A DNA stretch of 64,000 nt, taken from assembly GCA_032249235.1 (NCBI GenBank), contig JAVVGF010000002.1:96001-160000 (forward strand). Reading direction: 5' to 3'. The DNA is from Thermoproteota archaeon (lineage in GTDB: Archaea; Thermoproteota; Thermoprotei; Gearchaeales; Gearchaeaceae). Shown in pieces: positions 1 to 9,590 of the stretch. Positions within the stretch are counted from its first letter, which is position 1. Each line of letters begins with the position of its first letter. A model generated the notes under the pieces. It had not been told where the DNA came from. It searched no databases and was given only the letters and a program-made list of their open reading frames with translations. The translations under genes and the position numbers were made by a program.

Positions 1-2055
1 CTTAAAAATCCTTGGAAGCAACTTGAGTATGCTATAGCTGCAGTTTTTGATTCTTGGGAATCTCCAAGAGCAAGATACTACAGACAGGTTAATAATATAA
101 CGCCAGATATCGCTGATGGTACGGCAGTTAATATCGTAGCTATGGTATTCGGAAATATTAATGAAAAATCAGCCACAGGAGTATTGTTCACTAGAAACCC
201 ATCGAATGGAGAAAACGAGCTATATGGAGAATTTCTAACACTCGCACAAGGAGAAGATGTTGTTGCTGGTATTAGAACACCTAGGCCTATAAAGGAATTG
301 AAAGATATGATGCCAGAAGTTTATGAAAGGCTATACAAATTTGCCAAAGAACTTGAAAGACATGAAAAAGAAGTACAAGATATAGAATTCACGATAGAAG
401 ATGGTAAGCTCTACATGCTCCAAGCCAGGAATGCGAAGATGAACAGTATTGCATTAATTAAAACAGGAGTTGACATGTTCAAAGAAGGAATTATTACGAA
501 AGAAGAGATGATCATGCGCGTTAAACCAAAGGATATTTTGCAATTACTGTATCCAAGAATAGATAAAGAGAAGATAAAGGATAAGCCCATTGCTAAAGGT
601 CTACCATCTTCGCCTGGTGCAGTTAGCGGTAAGGTTGTTTTTAATGCTGATGATGCAGTAGAATGGTCTAGAAGAGGTGAAAAAGTAATATTAGTAAGAG
701 AAGAAACGAAGCCTGATGACGTGCATGGTTTCTATGCAGCTGTAGGTATATTAACTGCGAAAGGAGGCATGACTAGCCATGCAGCAGTCGTTGCTAGATC
801 AATAGGAAAACCATGTGTAGTTGGAGCTGAAGACATCAAGATCGATTATGAAAAGAAAGTTTTCAGAGTAAAAGATATTATAGTTAAAGAAGGCGATATA
901 ATAACCATCGATGGTTTAGAAGGAGAAGTTTATTTAGGTGAACAACCAAAAATCTATTTCAAACCGATTAAAGAATTCGAGGAATTCATGAAATATGTTG
1001 ATGAAGTAAGGAAACTAGGAGTAAGAGCTAATGCAGATACTCCTGAGGAAGCAAAAATAGCAAGAGAATTCGGAGCTGAAGGAATTGGACTTTTGAGAAC
1101 AGAAAGAATGTTCAGAGCTCCTAGAAGGCTCGAAATATTTAGGAATGTCATTATAGCTGAAAATAAAGAAGTAAGAGAAGAAGCTTTAAAGAAATTGCTT
1201 CCTTTATTGAAAGAAGACTTTAAGGAAATTTTAAGAATCATGTCTCCATATCCAGTAACAATAAGGTTATTCGATCCTCCTTTACATGAGTTCTTGCCTA
1301 AACCAGAAGAAATCTTAGAGAAAATTTATACTAGCATGAATGAAGGGGAAAGAAAAGAATGGGAAAAATTATATAAAATCGTGAGAAAGCTTCAAGAAGC
1401 CAATCCAATGATGGGTCATCGCGGTGTAAGATTAGGTATTACGAATCCTGAAATATATGAAACACAAGCTAAGGCTATATTCTTAGCTTCTGCGGAATTA
1501 ATTGAAGAAAAGATACCTGTAAACCTTGAGATAATGATACCGCAAGTCTCTGAATATAGAGAATTGCTGAAAATAAAGAAGGACGTAATTGAAAAGGTAC
1601 ATGAAGAAGTCAAAAAAGAAAAAGGAGTCGATGTGCCATATAAATTCGGAACTATGATAGAAGTCGTGAGAGCTTGTCTTGTAGCAGATGAATTGGCAGG
1701 AATTTGTGATTTCTTCAGTTTCGGTACAAACGACTTGACACAAGCAACTTTCAGCTTCAGTAGAGATGATGCTGAAAATAAATTCCTTCCTTATTATCTT
1801 GAAAATAAAATACTTGAAGTGAACCCATTTGAAAAACTAGACGTAAAAGGAGTAGGAGCTTTAATTGAGATCGCTGTTGAAAAAGGAAGAAAGGTAAATA
1901 AAAATTTAAAAATAGGAATTTGTGGTGAGCATGGAGGCGATCCTGATAGTATTATGTTCTTACATAAAGCAGGCTTAGATTACGTGAGTGCATCTCCTTA
2001 TAGAATTTTAATAGCAAGACTAGCTGCTGCCCAAGCTAGCATATTATCAAAGTGA
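1..2055 (+). CDS. ppdK: Pyruvate, phosphate dikinase (5' end lies before the window)
   Basis: Frame is open from base 1 (LKNPWKQL...GTAVNIVAMVFGN). Motifs QGEDVVAG, GGMTSHAAVVAR (phospho-His), GIGLLRTE, SFGTNDLTQ and ICGEHGG. Confidence 0.96.
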   Translation, partial: LKNPWKQLEYAIAAVFDSWESPRARYYRQVNNITPDIADGTAVNIVAMVFGNINEKSATGVLFTRNPSNGENELYGEFLTLAQGEDVVAGIRTPRPIKELKDMMPEVYERLYKFAKELERHEKEVQDIEFTIEDGKLYMLQARNAKMNSIALIKTGVDMFKEGIITKEEMIMRVKPKDILQLLYPRIDKEKIKDKPIAKGLPSSPGAVSGKVVFNADDAVEWSRRGEKVILVREETKPDDVHGFYAAVGILTAKGGMTSHAAVVARSIGKPCVVGAEDIKIDYEKKVFRVKDIIVKEGDIITIDGLEGEVYLGEQPKIYFKPIKEFEEFMKYVDEVRKLGVRANADTPEEAKIAREFGAEGIGLLRTERMFRAPRRLEIFRNVIIAENKEVREEALKKLLPLLKEDFKEILRIMSPYPVTIRLFDPPLHEFLPKPEEILEKIYTSMNEGERKEWEKLYKIVRKLQEANPMMGHRGVRLGITNPEIYETQAKAIFLASAELIEEKIPVNLEIMIPQVSEYRELLKIKKDVIEKVHEEVKKEKGVDVPYKFGTMIEVVRACLVADELAGICDFFSFGTNDLTQATFSFSRDDAENKFLPYYLENKILEVNPFEKLDVKGVGALIEIAVEKGRKVNKNLKIGICGEHGGDPDSIMFLHKAGLDYVSASPYRILIARLAAAQASILSK

Positions 2056-3710
2056 ATGGTAGACTCTTCGTAGAATTAGCTGAAGTATGTGAGAAAATCA
2101 AAGAAACAACAAGTAAACTTGAAAAAATTAGTAAACTAGGAAATTTTTTGAAAAATTTAAACGACGAAGAACTGTCAGCTACAATAAGACTTTTAAATTC
2201 AGAAATATTACCGCCTTGGTATAACAAAGAAATACAAGTAGGATACTCGACTTTATCTTCTATAATTCTTGAAATCTCTGGTTCAAGCAAAGAAGAATTC
2301 TTCAAAGTATATATCAAACATGGGGATCTTGGAGAAACCGCAGAAGAATTATTAAAGAAAGGAAAAGCTCTCAATCCTTTAATTCAAGAGAAGTTAACGA
2401 TTCTGAAGGTTTACAAGACATTATTAAAAACTTCAGAATATTCAGGAGAAGGTTCTTACCAAAGCAAAAAGAACTCTCTTCTTAATCTATTTATTAATGC
2501 TTCTCCGATTGAAGCAAAATATTTGGTTAAAATAATAACAGGAGAACTAAGGATTGGTTTATCAGAGGGCTTATTAGAGGAATCCCTAGCATATGCTCTG
2601 GGAATTCCTCTCAGTAATCTAAGAGAAAAGGTCCTAATACTTCCTGACTTAGCTGAAGTCGCAATAAAAATAAGAAATGGAAAATATGAAGAAATAGATT
2701 TGGAGCTCTTGAGACCAACAAGTTTTATGCTTGCTGAGCCGATGTCTTCACCAGAAGAAATAGCGAATTACTTCAATAAGGAATTGATCGCAGAATATAA
2801 GTATGACGGAATAAGAGCACAAATTCATAAAAAAGGTAATAATATACGGATATTTTCGAGAAGATTAGATGAGATCAGCTTTTACCTTCCAGAAATTGTA
2901 GATTCCATATCAAGAATAAAAGGCGATTTCATTCTCGATTCAGAAATAATATCAATTAAGAACAACAAAGTTGTGCCATTTAATATCTTACAGAGAAGAT
3001 TAAGAAGAAAAAATATTGATAAGAAATTGATAGAAGAAATTCCTTTAAGAGCAATTGTATATGATATTCTCTTTTATAATGGTAAACAAGTATACAAATT
3101 GCCCTTAAGAGAAAGAAAAGAATTATTGAAAGATATTGATTTGCAAGATAAAATAGAAATAGGCTTTTTCAAATTGGTAAGGAATTCTGCTGAAATTTCT
3201 AAATTATTTGAAGAAAGTCTGAATAAAGGCTTTGAAGGTCTAATGATCAAAGATCCTGATTCTCCTTACACACCTGGAAAGCGTGGTAAAGCATGGGTTA
3301 AATTAAAAAAAGAATTCGATACATTAGATGTTGTAATCGTAGCAGCTGAATATGGTCACGGTAAAAGAGCAGGTATACTTTCTGATTATACATTTGCTGT
3401 AAAAGATAATGATGAACTAAAAATTATAGGTAAAGCCTATTCTGGCTTGACAGATGAAGAAATGGAAATTCTCGATAGGAAATTAAGAGAAATAACAATA
3501 GAAGACTTAGGTTATAAGATAATTGTCAGGCCTGAAATAGTATTGGAGGTAGCTTTTGATTCAATTCAGGTAAGTGACAGACATGATAGCGGTTTTGCTC
3601 TCAGATTTCCTAGAATAAAGAGAATAAGATGGGATAAATCTCCTAATGAAATAGATTCGATTGAAAAAGTTAAAGAAATATATGAGAGGAAGAAAGCTAT
3701 TTTTGCATAG
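2052..3710 (+). CDS. lig: ATP-dependent DNA ligase, second (LigB-like) copy
   Basis: Motif I EYKYDGIRAQ, EGLMIKD, WVKLK and C-terminal ALRFPRI. Overlaps the ppdK stop. Confidence 0.93.
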   Translation: MNGRLFVELAEVCEKIKETTSKLEKISKLGNFLKNLNDEELSATIRLLNSEILPPWYNKEIQVGYSTLSSIILEISGSSKEEFFKVYIKHGDLGETAEELLKKGKALNPLIQEKLTILKVYKTLLKTSEYSGEGSYQSKKNSLLNLFINASPIEAKYLVKIITGELRIGLSEGLLEESLAYALGIPLSNLREKVLILPDLAEVAIKIRNGKYEEIDLELLRPTSFMLAEPMSSPEEIANYFNKELIAEYKYDGIRAQIHKKGNNIRIFSRRLDEISFYLPEIVDSISRIKGDFILDSEIISIKNNKVVPFNILQRRLRRKNIDKKLIEEIPLRAIVYDILFYNGKQVYKLPLRERKELLKDIDLQDKIEIGFFKLVRNSAEISKLFEESLNKGFEGLMIKDPDSPYTPGKRGKAWVKLKKEFDTLDVVIVAAEYGHGKRAGILSDYTFAVKDNDELKIIGKAYSGLTDEEMEILDRKLREITIEDLGYKIIVRPEIVLEVAFDSIQVSDRHDSGFALRFPRIKRIRWDKSPNEIDSIEKVKEIYERKKAIFA

Positions 3711-4308
3711 ATTTCATAATTAGCTCTTCTTCGTCTTTTTCAATTTCCATTTTAAGATATTCAACTAGCTTATCATAAATTAAGGGTTTACCGTTAACTA
3801 AAGGATAAGCAAAAGGTAAAATTATTTCATGGAAAGGATCGACCTGAATAGATACTTTTTTAACATAAGGTATCTCCTCCAATTTTTTACCCTCGGCTAT
3901 CATCTTTGCAACAAATATTGCTCCATCTATAGAAAATTGATGTTTACCAATATTTCTTGCTCTGACGTTCTTCAATTTAGATGTTATGTATTTAAAAGTT
4001 CTACCTCTAGGTGGAAAGTCACCCATTATGCCTCCTATTACAAGAATAGCTTCTTTTGCCTCATCAGGCTTTAGTACTTCTTTCGCTTTTGGATCTAGAA
4101 TGATTATTTTGTCATGCAATTCCTTTAGATCTATAATGCTATCTCTTAATACCTTCCCATATTTTTTTAAAACTCGCATGTGACTTTTATAGCGCACATT
4201 TGTAAGCACTAAGTTTTCTTTACCCACAATAAGTGAAGAATGCTCAATCTCTAATTGTAACCACTTGCTTATTCTCTTTTCTCTCAACTCAATGATGAAT
4301 TTCATCAA
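3697..4308 (-). CDS. SPOUT-class SAM-dependent methyltransferase (SFM1/Trm10-like)
   Basis: SKWLQLE, ILDPKA..L.P, VIGGIMGDFPPRGRT and QFSIDGA motifs typical of this family. Confidence 0.75.
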   Translation of the reverse strand: MMKFIIELREKRISKWLQLEIEHSSLIVGKENLVLTNVRYKSHMRVLKKYGKVLRDSIIDLKELHDKIIILDPKAKEVLKPDEAKEAILVIGGIMGDFPPRGRTFKYITSKLKNVRARNIGKHQFSIDGAIFVAKMIAEGKKLEEIPYVKKVSIQVDPFHEIILPFAYPLVNGKPLIYDKLVEYLKMEIEKDEEELIMKSMQK

Positions 4309-4444
4309 ATTAAATAAAGGGAATAATATAAATAGATGAAATGGAAAGCTACTCTTACTTCGTGAAAAAATATCATAGGCTTATTATAGATTATGGCTTT
4401 CGATAACCTTAATAGCTAAAAAATGGAATTGGTGACCTTCTAAG

Positions 4445-4780
4445 TTAAGCAGATGATTTCAACTCTCTATAAAAGTTACTTAATATAAAATCATTCCATC
4501 TTTTAATAGTGAAATCGACACCTCTTGGATCCCCTGTGAGGATATGTTTTATAGTTCCATCTTTAAATTGTAGAAATACTTGTGGTATTAAATAATCAGC
4601 AGACCAGTCTCCGAACTTCTTAACAATTTCATCTGCTAGTTTCTCATCCTCCTTCTTATCTATATCTAAGTAAAGAATTTCTGCGTTCAATTCTTTAGCT
4701 ATTAAATTTACATATTTTTCAGAAACTTTGCAATGAGGACACCAATTAGCTTTTACAAAAATTACTTTTTGAACTTTCAT
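4445..4780 (-). CDS. Thioredoxin/glutaredoxin-like protein
   Basis: WCPHC redox motif and cis-Pro segment LIPQ. Confidence 0.85.
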   Translation of the reverse strand: MKVQKVIFVKANWCPHCKVSEKYVNLIAKELNAEILYLDIDKKEDEKLADEIVKKFGDWSADYLIPQVFLQFKDGTIKHILTGDPRGVDFTIKRWNDFILSNFYRELKSSA

Positions 4781-4798
4781 AGCCTTGCATAAATCAAC

Positions 4799-5392
4799 TC
4801 AGATAAAAATTTTTGGTATGATTATTAAGCCTTCTTCTTCATTACCTACACTATAACAGTCTCCTTTTAAATACAACACTGCTGTATAGGCACAAGTAAT
4901 GGCATCTAATTCGTCTCCGCTCATATTTTCTTCTATACCTTTTATCCCTAACTCTTTCAAACCTTTAGCTAATGCTTTGATGTTCTGATGCTTTCTAGGT
5001 ATACCAAGCAAATCTTGAGTGGCTCCAGGTAAAACTTCTATTACCTCGAAACCTTTTTCTTCAAATATTCTCCTCAACTTAATTCCTCTATTCGTTAATT
5101 TTCTCATAGGTCCTAAAGAAGCTGGAAATAGCTTGATTCCCATTCTGAGCAAAGCTTTATCACATTCCCTGAGATGAATATGTGCAGGCTCTTCTAAAGA
5201 TTTTCTACCTAAAGGTAAAGAAAGAGGAGCGTCGATAGCGATTACTACAGGATTCTCTTTCATCATATAAGAAATGATTTCTTCATCCTTCCTAAGCAAT
5301 AATGTTCTAGAATTAAGAGACTCGTCCATAATACAGACTCCACTATATCTTTTTTCGCTTCCTGCAAGATCTATTCCTGCTACTTTTTTCAT
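4799..5392 (-). CDS. DUF429 family predicted nuclease (RNase H-like fold)
   Basis: GIDLAG, AIDAPLS, IEVLPG and DELDA motifs. Confidence 0.8.
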   Translation of the reverse strand: MKKVAGIDLAGSEKRYSGVCIMDESLNSRTLLLRKDEEIISYMMKENPVVIAIDAPLSLPLGRKSLEEPAHIHLRECDKALLRMGIKLFPASLGPMRKLTNRGIKLRRIFEEKGFEVIEVLPGATQDLLGIPRKHQNIKALAKGLKELGIKGIEENMSGDELDAITCAYTAVLYLKGDCYSVGNEEEGLIIIPKIFI

Positions 5393-5569
5393 GATTATTT
5401 AACCGCTTATAACGTTATATTCTTTATTTAAATTAAATTATATTTAGATGATAAATATAATAATGAATGTGAAGCTTAGTTTATTATATGCTAGTTATAT
5501 TTTTAAACTTATAAGGGGGCATAAAAAATATATACCCGCAATCATGAAATAGAAATCTAAACCATTGCC

Positions 5570-6586
5570 ATGTCAGCAAATGAGCGTTTACTTAAGCATT
5601 TGACGGTTGATTATCAGCTCAAATGGCTTCAAAAGATATATGGCAGGAAACAAAAAGACGTAACTAGGACTGTTCCAAAGAAGAAGCAATTGAAAACAAC
5701 AACAGAGTGGCAAAGAAGAGCAATTGACTTCGTTAAAAGAGCTTATAAGGAATTAGGGCAGCCTGTAACAGTTAGGCAAATTCACTATTACTTAGTTGGT
5801 TTAGAACTTCCAGATTATAGAAATGATTTGAAGCACTATAACAAATTAGTAGACTTCATATTGAAAGCAAGAATTGTTGGAGAGCTTGATTGGGGAATGA
5901 TTACTGAAACTGAAAGCTTGATGTATGAGCCAATCATTGCAGGTGTTACAAACATAGATGAAGCTATAAATAAAATCATCGAATCAATGCCTTCAATGGG
6001 TAAAGATCCTTGGGATGAGATAAATAAGTATATTTATGTTTTTACTGAAAAAAGAGAGTTATTTGGGCAAATTAATAGTATATGCGCTAAATATTACGTT
6101 CCTTTGATTAGCTTCAAAGGATATGGTGCAGTATGGACGAGGATAAGCAAAATAGCACCAAAGATAAAAGAAAGATTAGATAAAGGCCAAGAAGTATGGG
6201 CTTTAGTTATTAGCGATCATGATCCTAGCGGACTAGATATTAATAGATTTTACATGGCTTTATTGAAAGTATTTCATCATTTCAACCTGAATGAATTAAG
6301 AGTAGCTTTGACTGCTAAACAAATTGTTGATTATAATTTGCCTCCAAATCCTGCGAAAGAAACTGATCCAAGATTCAAATGGTATAATAAAGAATTTGGA
6401 GATGAAAGCTGGGAGGTAGATGCATTAGTTACTAAAGACATAAAAGAAATGCAGAGACTATTAGAAGAGGCAATTCTGAAAATAATAGGAAATGATATTG
6501 AAAAATTCAACAAAATAATTGAAGAGAACAAAAGATTGGCTGACGAGGTAAGGAATAAGATAAAGGAGAAGATGGGTGGTAGCTAG
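5570..6586 (+). CDS. Topoisomerase VI-A/Spo11-like protein (mini-A type; winged helix + TOPRIM)
   Basis: TVRQIHYY matches the TxRxxYY catalytic-Tyr helix. TOPRIM acidic residues FTEK and DHDPSG, plus RVALT..Q...YNLP and WEVDAL. No Top6B gene nearby. Confidence 0.72.
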   Translation: MSANERLLKHLTVDYQLKWLQKIYGRKQKDVTRTVPKKKQLKTTTEWQRRAIDFVKRAYKELGQPVTVRQIHYYLVGLELPDYRNDLKHYNKLVDFILKARIVGELDWGMITETESLMYEPIIAGVTNIDEAINKIIESMPSMGKDPWDEINKYIYVFTEKRELFGQINSICAKYYVPLISFKGYGAVWTRISKIAPKIKERLDKGQEVWALVISDHDPSGLDINRFYMALLKVFHHFNLNELRVALTAKQIVDYNLPPNPAKETDPRFKWYNKEFGDESWEVDALVTKDIKEMQRLLEEAILKIIGNDIEKFNKIIEENKRLADEVRNKIKEKMGGS

Positions 6587-6638
6587 AGATGAAGATTTAT
6601 ATTGAGTTTTATAGAATAACGCATATTGGTTGGAAAAT

Positions 6639-8846
6639 ATGGTAAGATTCAAACAAACTGAAGAAATAGTCAAGTTGATGACAAATATAGAAAGAGTTAG
6701 AAATATAGGAACTTTAGCTCATGTTGATCATGGTAAAACTACTTTAAGCGATTCTCTACTTTTAGCTGCTGGTCTAATTTCACCTAAAGTTGCTGGGCAA
6801 GCATTGGCATTAGATTATGTTCAAATAGAACAGCTTAGACAAATGACAATAAAGGCTGCAAATGTTAGCCTTTACCATGAATACGAAGGAAAACCATTTG
6901 TAATTAATCTCATAGATACGCCAGGACATATTGACTTTAGTGGTCATGTTACAAGGAGCTTGAGAGCAATGGATGGCAGTATTAATGTTGTAGATGCAGT
7001 TGAAGGTATTATGACCCAAACAGAAACAGTATTAAGACAAGGACTTGAAGAACGTGTTAGACCTCTTCTTTATATAAACAAAATCGATAGACTTATTAAA
7101 GAACTAAGGCTCACTCCTGAGGAGATCCAAAAGAGAATGCTTGATATAATAAAGGAATTCAATGCACTCATTGAGATGTATGCGGATCCTGAATTTAAAA
7201 AAGCTTGGAAAATCGATCCTGCAAAAGGTCAAATGGCTTTCGGAGCTGCTTTACATAAGTGGGGTTTAACGATTCCTTTAGCACAAAAGAAAGGATTGAA
7301 ATTCAGCGATATAATTGAAGCATATAGCAAAGGAAGCGAAGCTGTTGAAGAGCTTGCAAGGACAGCACCTCTTTATGAAGCTATACTTACAATGGTAATA
7401 GAACACGTGCCTCCTCCTAATGTAGCACAAAAGTATAGGATTAAGAAAATTTGGCAAGGAGATTTGAATACTGAGATAGGAAAAGCTCTATTAGAATGTG
7501 ATCCAGACGGACCTACTATAATGGCAGTTACTAAGGTTGTTGAAGACCCGCATGCAGGCTTGGTGACAACAGGAAGAGTATTTAGCGGTAGAATATACAG
7601 CGGACAAGAGGTTTATCTTTTAAGAAGTAAAAGAGTTGAAAGAGCATTACAAGTTGGAATTTACATGGGTCCTTATAGAGAAAATACATATGAAGTACCT
7701 GCGGGAAATATAGCTGCAATTCTAGGCTTAGAACATGCAAGAGCTGGTGAAACTATAGTTGAAAAGAGGATTGCAAATGCAATGGTCCCATTCGAAATAT
7801 TAAAATACATAAGCGAACCTGTCGTTACCATTTCTATTGAACCTAAAAAGACTAGCGATTTGGTCAAGCTTATCGATACATTGCAAAAAATGGCCATTGA
7901 AGATCCTACGTTAAGGTTGAAAATAAACAAGGAAACTGGCGAATATCTAATAAGCGGTATGGGAACATTACATTTAGAAATAGTTCTATGGGATTTGAAA
8001 CAAAGAACTAATATAGATTTCGTAACTAGCAAGCCTTTGGTTATATATAGAGAGAGCATTAGAGAAAAATCGAAACCAGTCGAAACGAAGAGTCCTAATA
8101 GACATAACAGAGTGGTGGTCGCAATAGAACCTCTAAACGAAAAAACTTTAGAATTGCTTGCAGAAGGAAAAGTAACCGAGGATCAAGAATGGAGGGTAAG
8201 AGCGAAAATACTAAGGGAAGAAGCGGGTTGGGATGCTGATGATGCTAGAAATATTTGGGCAATCGACGATAATTTGAACATTTTCGTAGATAATACTAAA
8301 GGTGTCCAATACCTAAAAGAAGTTAAGGATACGCTGATAAACGGTTTTAAATGGACAACTTCTGAAGGGCCTTTATGCCACGAGCCGATAAGAGGTATAC
8401 TCGTTAGATTATTAGATGCAACAATACATGAGGATCCTGTTCACAGAGGGCCTGCTCAGCTAATGCCAGCCTTAAAGAATGCTATATTAGGAGCCTTCAT
8501 GATATCTAGACCAGTTCTTTTAGAACCAATATACAAAATTGAAGTTAAAGTGAGTCAAGAATATATGGGAAACGTTTTGAAAATAATCACTACGAAGAGA
8601 GGAAAAATAAACATGCTTGAACAACAAGGAAATCTCGCTATAGTAAAAGGTGAAATTCCTGTTGCTGAAACTACAGAACTTGCTGATGAAATGAGAAATG
8701 CAACAGCAGGAAAAGCGTTCTGGGCTACAGAATTCTTGAAATGGCAACCTGTACCTGAAAGTATGGCTATGGATATAATTATGAAAATAAGAGAAAGGAA
8801 AGGATTAAAACTCGAGCTTCCTAGATACGAAGATTTCGTAGAGTAG
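6639..8846 (+). CDS. fusA: Translation elongation factor 2
   Basis: AHVDHGKTT, DTPGH, NKID and diphthamide loop HEDPVHRGPAQ. ATG at 6639 preferred over TTG at 6630. Confidence 0.98.
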   Translation: MVRFKQTEEIVKLMTNIERVRNIGTLAHVDHGKTTLSDSLLLAAGLISPKVAGQALALDYVQIEQLRQMTIKAANVSLYHEYEGKPFVINLIDTPGHIDFSGHVTRSLRAMDGSINVVDAVEGIMTQTETVLRQGLEERVRPLLYINKIDRLIKELRLTPEEIQKRMLDIIKEFNALIEMYADPEFKKAWKIDPAKGQMAFGAALHKWGLTIPLAQKKGLKFSDIIEAYSKGSEAVEELARTAPLYEAILTMVIEHVPPPNVAQKYRIKKIWQGDLNTEIGKALLECDPDGPTIMAVTKVVEDPHAGLVTTGRVFSGRIYSGQEVYLLRSKRVERALQVGIYMGPYRENTYEVPAGNIAAILGLEHARAGETIVEKRIANAMVPFEILKYISEPVVTISIEPKKTSDLVKLIDTLQKMAIEDPTLRLKINKETGEYLISGMGTLHLEIVLWDLKQRTNIDFVTSKPLVIYRESIREKSKPVETKSPNRHNRVVVAIEPLNEKTLELLAEGKVTEDQEWRVRAKILREEAGWDADDARNIWAIDDNLNIFVDNTKGVQYLKEVKDTLINGFKWTTSEGPLCHEPIRGILVRLLDATIHEDPVHRGPAQLMPALKNAILGAFMISRPVLLEPIYKIEVKVSQEYMGNVLKIITTKRGKINMLEQQGNLAIVKGEIPVAETTELADEMRNATAGKAFWATEFLKWQPVPESMAMDIIMKIRERKGLKLELPRYEDFVE

Positions 8847-8970
8847 TAACATTTGATCTTTTAATTTAGATTCGATTTTTTAGCTAAGATTTTAGCTATT
8901 CTACAATATAATCGAAAAATAATGCACAAAATTAAAACTTAAAAGAAATAACATCTCATTAATTTTTTGG

Positions 8971-9041
8971 GCGACCGTAGTCTAGCGGTAGGATATCGGC
9001 TTCCCGAGCCGAGGACCCGGGTTCAAATCCCGGCGGTCGCA
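8971..9041 (+). tRNA. tRNA-Gly(CCC)
   Basis: Acceptor GCGACCG/CGGTCGC, anticodon arm TCGGC-TTCCCGA-GCCGA, T arm CCGGG-TTCAAAT-CCCGG. No intron and no encoded CCA. Confidence 0.96.
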
Positions 9042-9077
9042 TAAAATTTATTTAATATTAAGTGGGAAAGAGAAATT

Positions 9078-9590
9078 ATGCCCAATGTTATACTCTGCAA
9101 TGACGAAGGTAAACCATTAGGTGAAACAAGCGTTGAAGATGCTCATAGCGGAGAAGGAAAAAGACATTTAGCTTTCGTCTTAATAATAGAGAAAGATAAT
9201 AAAATCTTAGTTCAAAAGAGGGCAAAAAACAAAAGATTTCCAGGCTATTGGGAATTGCCTGCAAGTCATCTATTCGTGGGAGAAACTTGGCAAGAAGCAT
9301 TGAAAAGAACTTTAAAAAGAGAACTAGGAATAGATGGAGTGAATGAATTTCAAAAATTATTCCATTTTACGTATGAGTTTAAAGGTGAAAGGGAACAAGA
9401 TGTTGAGAATGAATTTTGTGTAGTATTTAAATGTAAGTACGAAGGAGAAATTAAACTTAATAAAGAGGAAGCTGAAGAATATAGATTCTTAGACATTGAT
9501 GAGATAGAAAAAAGTTTAGCGAATGAAAAGATTTCACCTTGGCTTAAAATACCATTAGATATTCTAAGAAAAAAGAATTTAATTAGTTAA
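9078..9590 (+). CDS. NUDIX-fold protein, type-1 isopentenyl-diphosphate isomerase-like
   Basis: DAH...HLAF, QKRA..K.FPG.W, ENE and SPW as in type-1 IDI. The catalytic Cys position reads PASH. Confidence 0.7.
   Translation: MPNVILCNDEGKPLGETSVEDAHSGEGKRHLAFVLIIEKDNKILVQKRAKNKRFPGYWELPASHLFVGETWQEALKRTLKRELGIDGVNEFQKLFHFTYEFKGEREQDVENEFCVVFKCKYEGEIKLNKEEAEEYRFLDIDEIEKSLANEKISPWLKIPLDILRKKNLIS

Noticed and set aside
5437-5461. dif/Xer recombination site
   Set aside because: The spacer is 5 bp and the arm orientation is opposite to the ATAA-N6-TTAT dif consensus.
5570-6586. Wadjet JetD or canonical Top6A
   Set aside because: No jetABC or top6B neighbours, and the motif spacing fits the shorter mini-A-like family better; kept as a finding under that label.
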